Of a DNA stretch of 64,000 nt, positions 1 to 10,740 are shown piece by piece (positions within the stretch are counted from its first letter, which is position 1; every line of letters begins with the position of its first letter). The notes below the pieces were generated by a model. It was not told where the DNA came from. It was given only the letters and a program-made list of their open reading frames with translations, and ran no database searches. Both the position numbers and the translations under genes were made by a program. The DNA comes from Dudresnaya verticillata (Eukaryota): NCBI GenBank assembly GCA_977862235.1, contig OZ374558.1, positions 3,162,001-3,226,000 of the forward strand, given 5' to 3'.

Positions 1-665
1 GTCATTGCTCCTACAAGCTGCTTAGCGGCCAGGGGACTGAAGCCGCTCACGGCGGTTTCAATGACTCCAAGGATGAACTCTTCAGCTAGAGAGCCATCCC
101 TCGTTGTAATGCTCTTTGTATCCGAGTATTGTGTGCCGAGTCCGAGAACTGCAGCATTGTCGTTGACATACGACAGAACCGGGCTTGTTAACAGACCGTT
201 GTTTCTATAACGCTCAGCATCCGGGTTTTCTCCCTCGAGCTTCTTGAAAGTCGGACCTCCTTCGGTAACTTGCACCTCCCCATCCACAATGATTTTATCA
301 ACAAATCTATTCAGCTGGCTCGTGAAGAGCTGAATCCAAACATTGAAGTCGTCAGTCGCCTGGTTGTACTGATCTCGTACCTTGTCATCTCCCTTCGCGT
401 ACTGCACAAGTGTATGCGAAAGGGTTATTCCAGACGGCAGTACTTCCTCATCGGAATAGTCTGGCTTGCCATCGACAACTCCTTCTTCCTTCAATGCGCC
501 AATGGCCTTACTTTTACGGTGCTCAATTGAACGTCTCTTTCGTTCCAAATGTTTTCCGTGAATGAACCTTCTCCCATTATTGGAAAAGGCCTGGTACGCG
601 TCGGGATTGTTTTGAGGCGTAATAAGGCCTAGCTTGAACTTGCTGAGAGCGCTTAGTTCCGTCAT
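1..665 (-). CDS. Hypothetical protein, 5' part (runs off the left edge; >=221 aa)
   Basis: Manual translation from ATG at 665-663 (MTELSALSKFKLGLITPQNNPDAYQAF...AAKQLVGAM) stays open to position 1. It is absent from the ORF track because no stop lies in the window. No family recognised. Confidence 0.7.
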   Translation of the reverse strand, partial: MTELSALSKFKLGLITPQNNPDAYQAFSNNGRRFIHGKHLERKRRSIEHRKSKAIGALKEEGVVDGKPDYSDEEVLPSGITLSHTLVQYAKGDDKVRDQYNQATDDFNVWIQLFTSQLNRFVDKIIVDGEVQVTEGGPTFKKLEGENPDAERYRNNGLLTSPVLSYVNDNAAVLGLGTQYSDTKSITTRDGSLAEEFILGVIETAVSGFSPLAAKQLVGAM

Positions 666-3385
666 GTCTCTTTGAGATCTCTTGATCGATTTTCTGTTCG
701 AAGGGTAGCAAACAACTTGGAGGGAGGTAGTGTGGATGGGAAGGAAGGTTCACTTTGTCGGCGATGAGGGGGTTTAATACCAACAAAGACGAGCACTTCA
801 ATGCGGTGACTGATACGGCCAGCCCAGAAAGACCTTAGCGAGAGGTAACAAGGTTTCTTTTTAAAGGAGGCGCAGTCATCCAGAAATATTCGAGTGCTTT
901 GTTTTTGCTCGGCTCTATGAGATGCCTTTTTTATATTCGTGGGAGTACTTCAAAGTTCCTTGTCACTCCTTTCGACGTGTGAATACCATTTCTATCCAAT
1001 GCTAGAGATGCAAATGGTCTCTATTGACGCTTCGTGATATAATAGCAAACGTTCAGTACAGGAACTGTTCGGGAGGGCAAACCAACACCGAGTGAAGCCG
1101 GACATGATTTTCTTTTATGACCATTTATGGTACACAGCAGTTAAAGGAGTCTACTATGGCTATACATAGCCCTATGTACATAATCAAAGATTCTTGACGT
1201 CTCCACTAAGAGTTGGCTGGTGGGAGTTCCAGAACGGTGGTTGACAGGAACAGATAGGCGTGCCTTTATTCTCGAAGGAATGTATGCGTGTGGGCACGTA
1301 CAATCTTTCGACTTTGCGTTTTACCACACGTTAGTGTTTAATGCCTATCCTATCTACAATGATTTAATGTGGAGAGTGCAGTGTACAAGATTTGTCCTGC
1401 GATATCCTCACAGGATAGAAATAAACGGTACCGGTCGTGGTGGGATAGTTGCAGCTGTGAAAGATTTGGTTGCCTCGGCCTTTGTGGACATTAATAACCT
1501 GAAGCGCATCGACGTTGCCTGTGCGATAGAGGTAGGCATTGTCTTGGGCCCTCAGCTTTCTCCGGCTCAGTGGAAGCGGCGAGGAGGAACACGCTCGAGC
1601 TAGCGCCATAACGGGTACCCTAGGCCATGGCTCACAGCATGAATCGTGATGAAGCGCGCATGACTCGTGCTGTGTGACCATGAACACGTAATGGTTAAAG
1701 CTGTACCTATTTATCGTTTCTTTTTGTCAAGACCTATAAGCCTACGGATTGTTTTCATCCGCTGTTGGTGCTCCCTCTTACGATCCCCCTTCCATGACGA
1801 CAAGGAGAGCAATGCTGTTAGCTAATAATGCCTTCTCTATTTGTTTACAGTTCTTCCATTCCACACTGTCTAAACTGCGTCAACCAACGGCATAGATATC
1901 ATGGACACAACTAACGAGAGTTGGATAACAGCACCGCTCCATTTCGGTTCTGTGCACAATTCACCGCTACCTCTAGCCTCTTGGAAGCCGAGCTGGCGCG
2001 CCTCGGCGTCGCCCAGATTACCTCAGCCATTCACGAGTATGTCAGTCTAGCGCTTGACAGTCGACATACAAGTACGGAGCCTCCTGCGGCATGGTCACCG
2101 GACCCAGGTACCTGATACGTCGGGTATAGTAACTTCACGGATTCTGCCTCTTCTGTCATAAACGTATACAATTACTTCAGATTGCGGGTGACTAAATGTC
2201 TCGTGCTCACTTCAATGTTCAGGCGGTTCCCGCTGAGTCCATCGTTATGTTCAAACCTGTCGTCTGTATAGTACTGTAGTGTCCATCGTGCCAGCAACAC
2301 AAGGAGCAGTATCACACGTGAGATAGATCTCGTGCAGAGAGTGAAGCGCACTTATACTCATTAATAAGGAGTTCGGAATCCCGAAAGCCGAGCCGTTATG
2401 GTTGATTTCACTGGTCAGCAAGATGCCGCCAGTTAACCGACAAAGGTAGCCGACTCAGAGTTGCCATGCTCGAAATGCGAAGGTGCGGATCCGTATCCAG
2501 TGAGCGGTGTTGCGCGACCGCATTAATCTCAAGCACTCTAGAGAGAGTGCCCTTCCGACAAGCTATGGTTATGTACACTTGTTTGAATAATAGTGTCCAA
2601 TTCCACTTCTTTCTCGAAGATGTAATGAAGATGCTGAGCTGCGCGCATTGCTCTCCAATCCAAGGCGGTTCTTTCCATAAGGTGTTTTTTCTCGGCACAA
2701 TCTTATCGGCCTTCATGGTGTGGAACATAGCCCAGCGCCCATAGAGCATTGTCACCAATGCAGTGGAGACAAATGCTCCAATGTTACTACTCTCGTATGC
2801 ACCATCCGAAATCCCGACCACAGCATCCGGCACAAAGCGCTACTATCCAGCAAGCATCCCTTTAATCGCAAAGTTGAGAGTAAGCCTCTTCAGGAAGGAA
2901 AATTTCCTCGTGCTTGCATCACTTCGACTAGAGAAAAGCTCACTCTCGAACACAACCTCCCAAGTGTACCGGCGCATTTGGAATCGCACTTCCTCTCCGA
3001 CCCCGTGGAACGATAAGTGAGTTTCCCACATAGAGATAGGATACAGGTAAACTGCTCATCAGCGAGCAGTTTCGCCGGCGTTCTAGAGCACTGTTTATCT
3101 CATCATTCTGGTAAACGCAAACCTGCTTCGCACTGGGCTTGGATAAGAGCAAGTTCTCTTCTCTTTTGCGGGAGCATTGGTTTTATTATTTCACGTTAGT
3201 GTTCGACAATTGTACGTCCTCAAGCTTTGAAAGGCTCTATCTCACTATTCATATGCTATCCCTCTCCCCTTCTAAGCATTCCAAGTAGTTTGGAGGGAGT
3301 CTAGTAGAGCTCCCTGCAACCCGTATAAAGTTCCCTATTCTCCATTTTGTGTCCAAACCTAACACTTTCAATACTACTGCTTTCT

Positions 3386-4795
3386 CTACTGAAGGCTGAT
3401 CTGGAGTTGGTCTCTTGCATGCCGCGGGATCTCCTTTACTTCCTTCTTCTCTTCAAACATCTGCCCAAGCTTCAGAGCTTTCTCATTCGCATTGATCCAG
3501 GCTTCCGCCGTCTCATTTACGTTCTCCAGATCTTCCAGCATCCTATTCAGGATGTGCAGTCCCAGCCCGAAAGAATCTATAGCGATGCGTGCTTCCACCT
3601 CCTCTTTCTCTTTCCTCTGTCCGCAGGTCATGATCCTCAGGGACATTCTGTCTATAACCCAATGGATGACATGCACAATGCAATTCACACGTTGACCCGC
3701 GACGTCGAAGTAAAACACAGGCACTAGGAAACAGTACCTTGCATGTGACATATTCAGAGTAACATGCTTCACAATTTCGTTCCGCACCCCAGTCATTACA
3801 CAGTAGAGCTGCTTTTCTTCTTCTTCATCTATTGCACTGAGCACGCTCTCCAGTATGCCATTGACTAGGTCGCTTACGGCATACTCTGGCCTGAGAGCAA
3901 TCTTTTCAACCCTCTCATACTGCATCTTGCGTACTCCGAGAACCGCAAGCTGGTTGTTTATCTGGCTGAGCACTGGCAAAACGAGCTTGGGGGCGTTGAA
4001 AAACCTTTCTGTCTCTTCGTCGTCGTGGTACATATCCGAATTACGATACTCGTTTCCATGCGCGTCATTAATAGTGCCGTCCTGAATAATTGCATCTATG
4101 GACTCATTGAGAACCCTAGTGAAGGAAGAAAGAAACACACACACGTTTGTATGAGCGAGCATAAAACTTTGTTTCAGAGAAGGGTCTGTAATGCACGACC
4201 AGAGATCATCTTCGTCTTCGGATGAGTCAGTCTCAATAACAGCTTCGCCTTTTCCACCTGTTCTCCCGCGTGTATCGTCTTTCACCGGAAGAGCTCTCGG
4301 AGAAGCCTTCTGCAGACTCAGAGAAGAAATCGTAGCATCTTGACGATAGGGTCCTTTCCTTCGAGCAATGACTTCTTTTTGGGACGGTAACAAAACTCTG
4401 CTTCTTTCGCCATTGCTGGATACAGGTGCGCTGTAACCATCATCTGAGAGAGATTGTGAGAGATCATCATCTGTGTCGCAGCCGTGTTCCTCAGGCATGG
4501 GATGTTCCTGCCGTTCTTCTGGAACATCTCCATGCTTGTTGCTCGGACAAGCGCACCCAGTACCAGTCACCAAATTAACCACGGCAACGCCGGGAGGCAG
4601 CTCTATTGCTCGCATTGCGATGCGAGCAGATTCCTTTTCACGGATCAAGGCGCCAGTAAGTCTCGGTTTCGGGTTCGGGGGCTTGAGAAAAGCTGAACTG
4701 TGCAACATTCTGCCTTGCTCCACAACTCTTGCAGTGGCCTTCTTCTGATCGGTGTGGCCGAGCCTAACATGGAGGTTTTCGTCAAACTTGAGCAT
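3386..4795 (-). CDS. Hypothetical protein, 469 aa (acidic/low-complexity N-half, helical-looking C-half)
   Basis: Long uninterrupted ORF in otherwise short-ORF DNA; no recognisable motif. Confidence 0.65.
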   Translation of the reverse strand: MLKFDENLHVRLGHTDQKKATARVVEQGRMLHSSAFLKPPNPKPRLTGALIREKESARIAMRAIELPPGVAVVNLVTGTGCACPSNKHGDVPEERQEHPMPEEHGCDTDDDLSQSLSDDGYSAPVSSNGERSRVLLPSQKEVIARRKGPYRQDATISSLSLQKASPRALPVKDDTRGRTGGKGEAVIETDSSEDEDDLWSCITDPSLKQSFMLAHTNVCVFLSSFTRVLNESIDAIIQDGTINDAHGNEYRNSDMYHDDEETERFFNAPKLVLPVLSQINNQLAVLGVRKMQYERVEKIALRPEYAVSDLVNGILESVLSAIDEEEEKQLYCVMTGVRNEIVKHVTLNMSHARYCFLVPVFYFDVAGQRVNCIVHVIHWVIDRMSLRIMTCGQRKEKEEVEARIAIDSFGLGLHILNRMLEDLENVNETAEAWINANEKALKLGQMFEEKKEVKEIPRHARDQLQISLQ

Positions 4796-6370
4796 TGTGG
4801 TTGCAAAGGGTGGAGGTTTGGGGGGAGGGTTTCCAGAAGGCCAGCGAGAGTCTGCAATCCTTGGTCTGCTTTAACTAGACGAGTTTGACCCTAGAAGACT
4901 GGGTCATCCGATCTCTATCTTTTCGACGTGAGTGAGCTGGAGGGGAGGTATGTGTACACATATTATTACTGATCGCAAGACAGCGTTTGTAAGGGCAGTT
5001 GTGAGTCGTGCCATTAGGAGTTGTGCAGCCCATGATGATTGCCATAACGGAACATACGTTCTCCACATGTCTAAAATGAGTAAAAGCACTTTATTCAGCG
5101 AGTGAGAATAATATCCGAAAAGCGAAGCTCTGTTTATGAATCATACTGTTGAAGTGCATTTGTATCTCCTTTCTCCGGGAACGACAGAGCACTTCCTCTG
5201 GAGCGTAGTAGGGTACAAACACCATGATAGTGGTATGTCCGCAGTCATGACTTGTCCTGTTGTGCATGTTCGACAAGGCTCAATGCGTTCAAGGAAGGTG
5301 TACCTTCCTTGTCATATGTTGTGTGGAATGCCGCCTCGTACGGCAGCCTCAAGAGGATCAGTATCCGCACTAATCGTTCATCTGACCATTAATTGATCGA
5401 TCTGAAGCGTCCTGCTGTAATCTTGTACGACTTTTCGTGGACTCTGATGAAAGCAGTGACGATGCTATTTTTAAATAGCATGACGTTACAGAGTCGCCGA
5501 GGTCACCTGCTCGGAAGGAAACAGTGCGTCATTTTGGCTCTTGCTGTTTCAATGGAGATTCGTGCGACAGACTTTCCAATACCAGGGGCTACTTTACTTA
5601 GAACCCAAGACAACAACCTTGTGCATGTTCAATGCACGTGGCGATGCAAAGTCCGTCTCGGAAATGCCAAAATGGACTTGGTGTCAAGAGGGTGTGTGTT
5701 GCGGTGTGCTCCTGCGATCACTACCTTGGTCCGAAAGTGTGGAATATTATGACGCCTTGCATCGAAGAAGACGTGCTGGAATTCTTCTCCTACCCCGAAC
5801 ATAATGTCAATCTTTCCGATGAAGAGGTGCAAGGTTTCAATAATTTATTATATGAAACAGTATTCGTATACCCAAAAGTGCCTTCATATCGAATAGGAAG
5901 AGGACCTAAGTTCTGCCGTGCAGCGAGTAAGCTGCTGTAAAGTGGGCATTGCGGTATACTCCTCCACTCAACAGATATTAATGTTACGACCTAGGCAGAT
6001 CCTAGGAGGCAGCGCATTGCTAGCACAAGAATTCTTTTCAGACTGTCCATTAGAAATATCTGCCCCAGATCCGTCTTGTCTGGTGTGCACTGAAGCCTCA
6101 TCGTAAAGTTTGGCATGGGCCTGTCAACAGCCCCGACACGATTACTTCGCATGTTCTGAGGAAAGAGTATGCCCTACCGAGCCGTGCATGAAGTCCAAAA
6201 GTGCATCATAGAACACCCTAGTGTTAATGTCCGTAACAGTCTGGAAATCGTCGACTGACAAGCGTTTCAGCAATCGCTTTGCTGTCGTGAAGAGAACCGA
6301 AGGATATGCCCCATCAATCAGAGCGTATAAATGGAGGTTGTCGCTTCATCGCTAGCATTAAGAGTTTCCG

Positions 6371-7819
6371 ATGCAGCTTGTGTGTTTTCAGAGCATCAGT
6401 CACCGCAACTGCGTCTGTCTCCCTGTAGAAGCATTTCGGCGTCTTTACTCATTTATATTTCTCTACCCTCACTCTCCACCACCATCGTCCTCAGCTTTCC
6501 TATCGCTCCCAAGTTCACCAAGCAAGAGAATCGATATGGTGATGCCTAAATGCGACCCCAATACCCCATTCATGCCCCGCCTCGGCATGGGCTCAGGTGA
6601 GCACGTTTATGATCACAGAAGCGGAGGAAAGCCAAGCTCAAGCACGGGTGGGGTTAGGAAGTCGGTCAGATTCCAAGAAACAGACAGGCTTCCGAGAGAA
6701 GATTTGGACTTGGAGAACCACGACGGCAAACGTCAGGTCAAGATGCTAGAAACAGCCGTTGATACAATGCGAGAAACAATTGGAAAGCGACGAGAGGAGC
6801 AAGATGGATGCTGTACAGGTTCCAGTCTGGAACTAGCTACTCTCACTATCAAGTGTGCTAGCGAGCTTCTCAGAACTGCTTGCGGTGAGCAAGCCGGCCA
6901 TGGAAATGCGTCGGGTCGTTTAGCACGTATGAAGCTATCAACACCTGCAAAAGGCGTCGAGACCGCGAAGGTAACGGAAGTACGTGAACTGTTCACAGAA
7001 ACGGCATGGAAGTACGTAGAGAATGGAAAGCATAGCGGGGCTGGCGCGTTTGAGAGGCGTAACAAGCATGTTTCGAACCATGCCTTCGCCCGCGCTGAGT
7101 CTGAAAAGGCAATCATACATGGTGAGGGGAAGACATTGAAGTATAAATGCAGTACAGAGCACGAGCGCAGAGGGACCAGGTCGGCCGCGATGGTGATCGG
7201 GGGCGAGGCAGGAGATGAAATGGTCAACTTTTGGGAAGACAACACGCACCTGAAGTACTATGTGGAGCAGAGGTTGTTCGCGGGTTGGCGCAAACAGGCA
7301 ACAATACATGGAATGGAGACTGCATCTGCAGCTTGGAACATGGTAGCGCCAGGTGGGGTGCAGCTAGTGCGTGTGGAATCACAGGAGGACGCGCACTTCT
7401 CCGTGGTGTTCGATACCGGTGATGACGACGGGACGCTCGCTGAAGCGTTCTTTCCAGCTTTCTATATTGCCGGAAGCCCGAAAGACAACACGGTGACGAT
7501 TTACGAGGCCGCGTTCCACCAACCGGAAATTCTATCGAATGTGCTGTGCCACGAGCTTGGGCATGTGCTGGGGCTTCGGCATAGTTTCGCGTTGGAGCTG
7601 GAGAAGGTGGATGAATTTGGGAACAACATGCAGGCAGGGTTGTATGGAAAGCCCGATGACCAGAGCGTGATGTCGTATAACATCCCTCCCCACATCGACT
7701 ACTATGATGTGCGAGATACTAGAAAGCTGTACGAGGAATTTAAGCACGGTGGAACTGGTTGTCTTGACATTGGCAATGGAGTGAAGCATGACTTTAAGGT
7801 AAGGCGTGTGGCGGCGTAG
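6371..7819 (+). CDS. Matrixin-like zinc metalloprotease (metzincin, peptidase M10-like)
   Basis: Zinc motif HELGHVLGLRH (HExxHxxGxxH), Met-turn SVMSY and MMP-like GTLAEAFFP. TATAAA at ~6326. The true start may be the in-frame ATG at 6536. Confidence 0.85.
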   Translation: MQLVCFQSISHRNCVCLPVEAFRRLYSFIFLYPHSPPPSSSAFLSLPSSPSKRIDMVMPKCDPNTPFMPRLGMGSGEHVYDHRSGGKPSSSTGGVRKSVRFQETDRLPREDLDLENHDGKRQVKMLETAVDTMRETIGKRREEQDGCCTGSSLELATLTIKCASELLRTACGEQAGHGNASGRLARMKLSTPAKGVETAKVTEVRELFTETAWKYVENGKHSGAGAFERRNKHVSNHAFARAESEKAIIHGEGKTLKYKCSTEHERRGTRSAAMVIGGEAGDEMVNFWEDNTHLKYYVEQRLFAGWRKQATIHGMETASAAWNMVAPGGVQLVRVESQEDAHFSVVFDTGDDDGTLAEAFFPAFYIAGSPKDNTVTIYEAAFHQPEILSNVLCHELGHVLGLRHSFALELEKVDEFGNNMQAGLYGKPDDQSVMSYNIPPHIDYYDVRDTRKLYEEFKHGGTGCLDIGNGVKHDFKVRRVAA

Positions 7820-8477
7820 GGATTGAGAACTTGAGCACTTGGGGTTGAAGCTTTGTTAGTATTAGTTGTTTCGGTGGAGAGCCTAGTTGGAGCCTCAAGT
7901 AAAGTATCCGTCTCTCTCTCTGTCTCTTTTCGTAAAGTGTTCCTAGTTGCATTGAGTTTCTTCGATCATTCCATCCATGGAGCTCACTCGAGTGCCACCG
8001 ACAGGAAGCGAGTGACCGACTTTGTAATCGTTGAGAGCGTCAGAGCACTTTGCTGTGCAGTTGGGCTGCCTTTTCATTTATGAAAGCAATGCTACTGCGC
8101 GGCAATATGTTTTGTTTGAGAAACATAATTTATGTTCCATTCGCTTATTGCCGTTTTAAAGATACGAGTGGCAATTGACAGGGACCATCACTGTAAAAGG
8201 CAAGTGGCATTGGTTATCTGTGAAACGCAGTCTTTGCTAACATAAGAGAAGGGAATAAATGCTGGCAAAAAGTAGTGACCCTGGTAAAGAGAAAGTATTC
8301 GATCACGTCATGATATACATATTCATTGAACATAGTGAAGAGATCTACTATTTAATCAAAGGCCTCAGAAAAAGTACCATACAACCTCTTTAACGCTAAC
8401 ACAAGTGCTAGAAGTGCAATGTACCTCCATAAAGGGCTGTTACGGTTGGAAAAATATTGCATAAGACACGAGCTTTA

Positions 8478-8843
8478 GGCTGTGTTCCAATATAGTGTTA
8501 TTGCAATAAATTGCAAAACGCCAATACCATGGAACAACGGGTAGCAGCAGTAACGGCATCTTGTAGCAATATTTTTGTGCAAGTTTTGCATCTCAGATCT
8601 AAAGTAGAAGACCAACTTGTTCTCTTATATATCAAAGAGAGATACATTAAATTTATTCAGGAATATCAGAAAGCTCCGTGTTGGATAATTCGGGTAAATA
8701 CTTACCCGCTTGGAATGTGTCAGAAGTGCACCAGTATCGCTTAGTTTTATATTTGCAGGTAGTAGATGCGAGTCGCATTCCAGGGCTGTCTGGCAATTAA
8801 TTGCAATAGCAATATATTGCAATAAACTATAGCAATTACAGCT
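8478..8843. mobile_element. Degenerate MITE-like element (possibly Tourist/Harbinger type)
   Basis: Imperfect ~35-bp terminal inverted repeats (ggctgtgttccaatatagtgttattgcaataaattgc ... gcaatatattgcaataaactatagcaattacagct). AT-rich, non-coding, preceded by TTA. Confidence 0.4.
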
Positions 8844-9389
8844 TTTCTAGCCCCATACAATAAATCACATTGCTGTCAAGAAAGGGGCCTCCGCCCTCGC
8901 TCACAAGTTTGCTCCATCAATTTCCCTTACTACGCTCGTTCTTCCATGTGACACAGTTAGCGTGAATCGCAGCAACCTGTCCCCTCCGCCTGCTATGCGT
9001 CCTAGTAATTAGACCCTTTGCAAGCGTTGCTCCTTAGATTAAAATAGACGTGTGTCCTTTTCTTCCTCAAAATGAATAGACGGTTTTTGGGACGCGCGTC
9101 TTGTTTCTCATGCCATTCAAGCTGCTCGTTCTGCCCGTGTTGCTGCCGGACTTCAACAGCATATTTTGAAGCAAGTGTTTGCAAATTGAAGCTGTCATAT
9201 TCATGTATATCGTTTGGTAGGCGCATGAAACAACATCACGTTGCACAAACGTATTGCACGACGTAGGTATATGTTGTCCATGTTATTGGGGAGTGATGGC
9301 GGCTATATTGCAATAGATATGTATTGCCGAAGGGGAGAGCATTGGTGCAACATATTGCCTATTCCATTTGTGCGAGCAATTGTATTTCG

Positions 9390-10740
9390 AGGCACGAAGA
9401 AGAGGATTTATTTTCGAGCGATTGGAGAAGGTGCGACGTGCATTGCACCACTGGTCCTGAAAGCTGTCTTTTCGGACGTCCAAATTCTCGTTGGGAAACA
9501 GCTCAGCATCCGCTTCGTTGGGACAAAACCTTCCAGGCCAGAATGCCCTCGTTTACATACTCCCGCCTTTGCGCGGTTCAGTCGAGCTTGTCTACAATCC
9601 TGTGACGAGCACATATTCCTCAACCTCGAAAACGCAAGCTTCTGTTCGCAGAACGCCTTCCGAAGAAACGCATGGACCGTTGTACCCGTCGCTAGGCTTC
9701 TCGGCGTTTTTGTTTCCTGTCCTCCCGTAGCTGTCAGAACAGGGCGTTTTCTACATTTCCCCAATGCTTTTTAGAATCGTATTGCGCGGTTTAGTTGTTG
9801 ATCTATGATAGTCAGCGTTTCCAGAGGCTGGGAATCGGCTCAAACGGAGCCGTGGTTGCAAATATGCGTCTCCATTGATAAAAAGGAGTGAAACACAATA
9901 TGAGGAAGGAAGATGAGAATAGAGAAGATAGATGTGCACATCAAATAAGAACGTGTATTGAATGTGTTAGAATAGTTGTTCTTGTTTTCTTTCCTAAGCC
10001 CATGAGTGAACGAACTATTGAGGGTTCTTATAGACTTTCTACTTCTCAGCTTGATATAGTAATCTAGTAGTTCAGAAAGTCTAGAAGGCTATAGACGTTA
10101 CTATAGTAATAGTGGAAGTCTGATATGTTAGCAATATTGTATTGATCTGATATTGCATGCATGTAATGCAATAGCTCTAAACAAATATCCATAAAGAATA
10201 AAAGTTGGATACTCCATGGTTTACATGCGGACCGCCTCATCCTCTGAACGAGGCTGGCTACTTGCCAAATGTTCGTTTATGATTAGTTTTGTTTAAATAC
10301 ATTAGTTATGTATTACTGCATTTGTGCACTGTTCTGGCCTCCTAGGAGAGAGCGGTAAACGTCACTTTACGAAAGCATAAAGCCAGAGCATCCCTACTGG
10401 ATACTCGTAAGCACTACAGAGGAGGCAAATCTGCAGGAGTCAAGCGGCGACGATTGACGCTGACGGCGACAAACTGCGTAACAAAGGAGACAAGACGATT
10501 CAAGAGAGCATGTTTCTCAGCAAGCGGGCAAGTGCCTTTCTTTTCGGCAAGAAAGTTGGCGAAGACTTGAGCGCCGATGTCGAAGCCAGCACCGGTGCGT
10601 CCATATATATATCAATGACCATCGGGGGCAGCTCGATGTCATATTGATCACAAACAGCGCGGTAATAGTTACGTTTCGCCCTCTCGCGAGCAAGTATGGC
10701 CTGACCAGCAACAGATAGAGAGAGCGGAGAGACAGAATAA
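9390..10740. repeat. Diverged copy of the segment at ~50373-51032 (also ~56871-57530 and ~63371-64000), with two extra internal blocks
   Basis: Colinear same-strand similarity, e.g. cgaagaagagg..ttcgagcgattggagaaggtgc, ccagaatgccctcgtttacatactcccg, catcctctgaacgaggctgg. Confidence 0.85.
9876..10211. mobile_element. ~336-bp insertion element (solo-LTR-like) with 6-bp target-site duplication CTCCAT
   Basis: CTCCAT at 9870-9875 and 10212-10217. The homologous site at ~50884 has a single CTCCAT and no element. Related copies lie at 24.2, 44.4, 47.9, 54.4 and 60.9 kb. Confidence 0.8.

Noticed and set aside
2408..3150. Possible decayed reverse-transcriptase/transposon ORFs
   Set aside because: No convincing catalytic motif seen.
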